From Mobula hypostoma (Eukaryota): a stretch of DNA of 64,000 nucleotides. The notes below the pieces were generated by a model. The model was not told the origin of the DNA, did no database searches, and worked only from the letters and a program-made list of their open reading frames with translations. Shown one piece after another: positions 63,879-64,000 of this stretch (its first letter is position 1; every line of letters starts with the position of its first letter). The position numbers were made by a program, and so were the translations under genes. Location: NCBI RefSeq assembly GCF_963921235.1, contig NC_086101.1, positions 8,434,001-8,498,000 of the forward strand, read 5' to 3'.

Positions 63879-64000
63879 CTGGTGAAACAGGGTGGGGGGA
63901 GATTGGGATTCAGTCAGCTTCGGGTTCAGCTCCTCTCCGCACGAGGGTGGAGAGGAAAGAGCAAGCAGTTTCCTAAGCCACTATATTGTACATCCGCCCT

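Overview
Eukaryotic, transposon-rich vertebrate DNA. The repeat content (young CR1 LINEs, Rex1/Babar, RTE, Penelope-derived repeats, HE1-like V-SINEs, Tc1 relics) suggests a cartilaginous fish, probably a ray; this is inference. Most ORFs in the supplied track are TE fragments, antisense shadows or low-complexity noise. Two spliced host genes could be assembled by hand. (1) A complete 4-exon TNF-superfamily gene on + (exons 5907-6059, 12777-12813, 21893-21961, 26107-26531; 227 aa, type II membrane). It most resembles lymphotoxin-beta but also carries a TNF-alpha-like cysteine pair. (2) The last five coding exons of an unidentified convergent gene on - (63878-63689, 61802-61720, a 16-nt micro-exon 59816-59801, 52609-52549, 50724-50626), which splice into one open frame. 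Other notable structures: seven copies of an unclassified ~600-680 bp non-autonomous retroelement (YY1-type 5' end, 3' hairpin, (AATCT)n tail, TSDs); three near-identical young CR1 copies around the LTB-like gene; decayed hammerhead-ribozyme motifs; several fold-back palindromes; and intronic minisatellites. No prokaryotic-type system, CRISPR array, rRNA or bona fide tRNA gene was seen.
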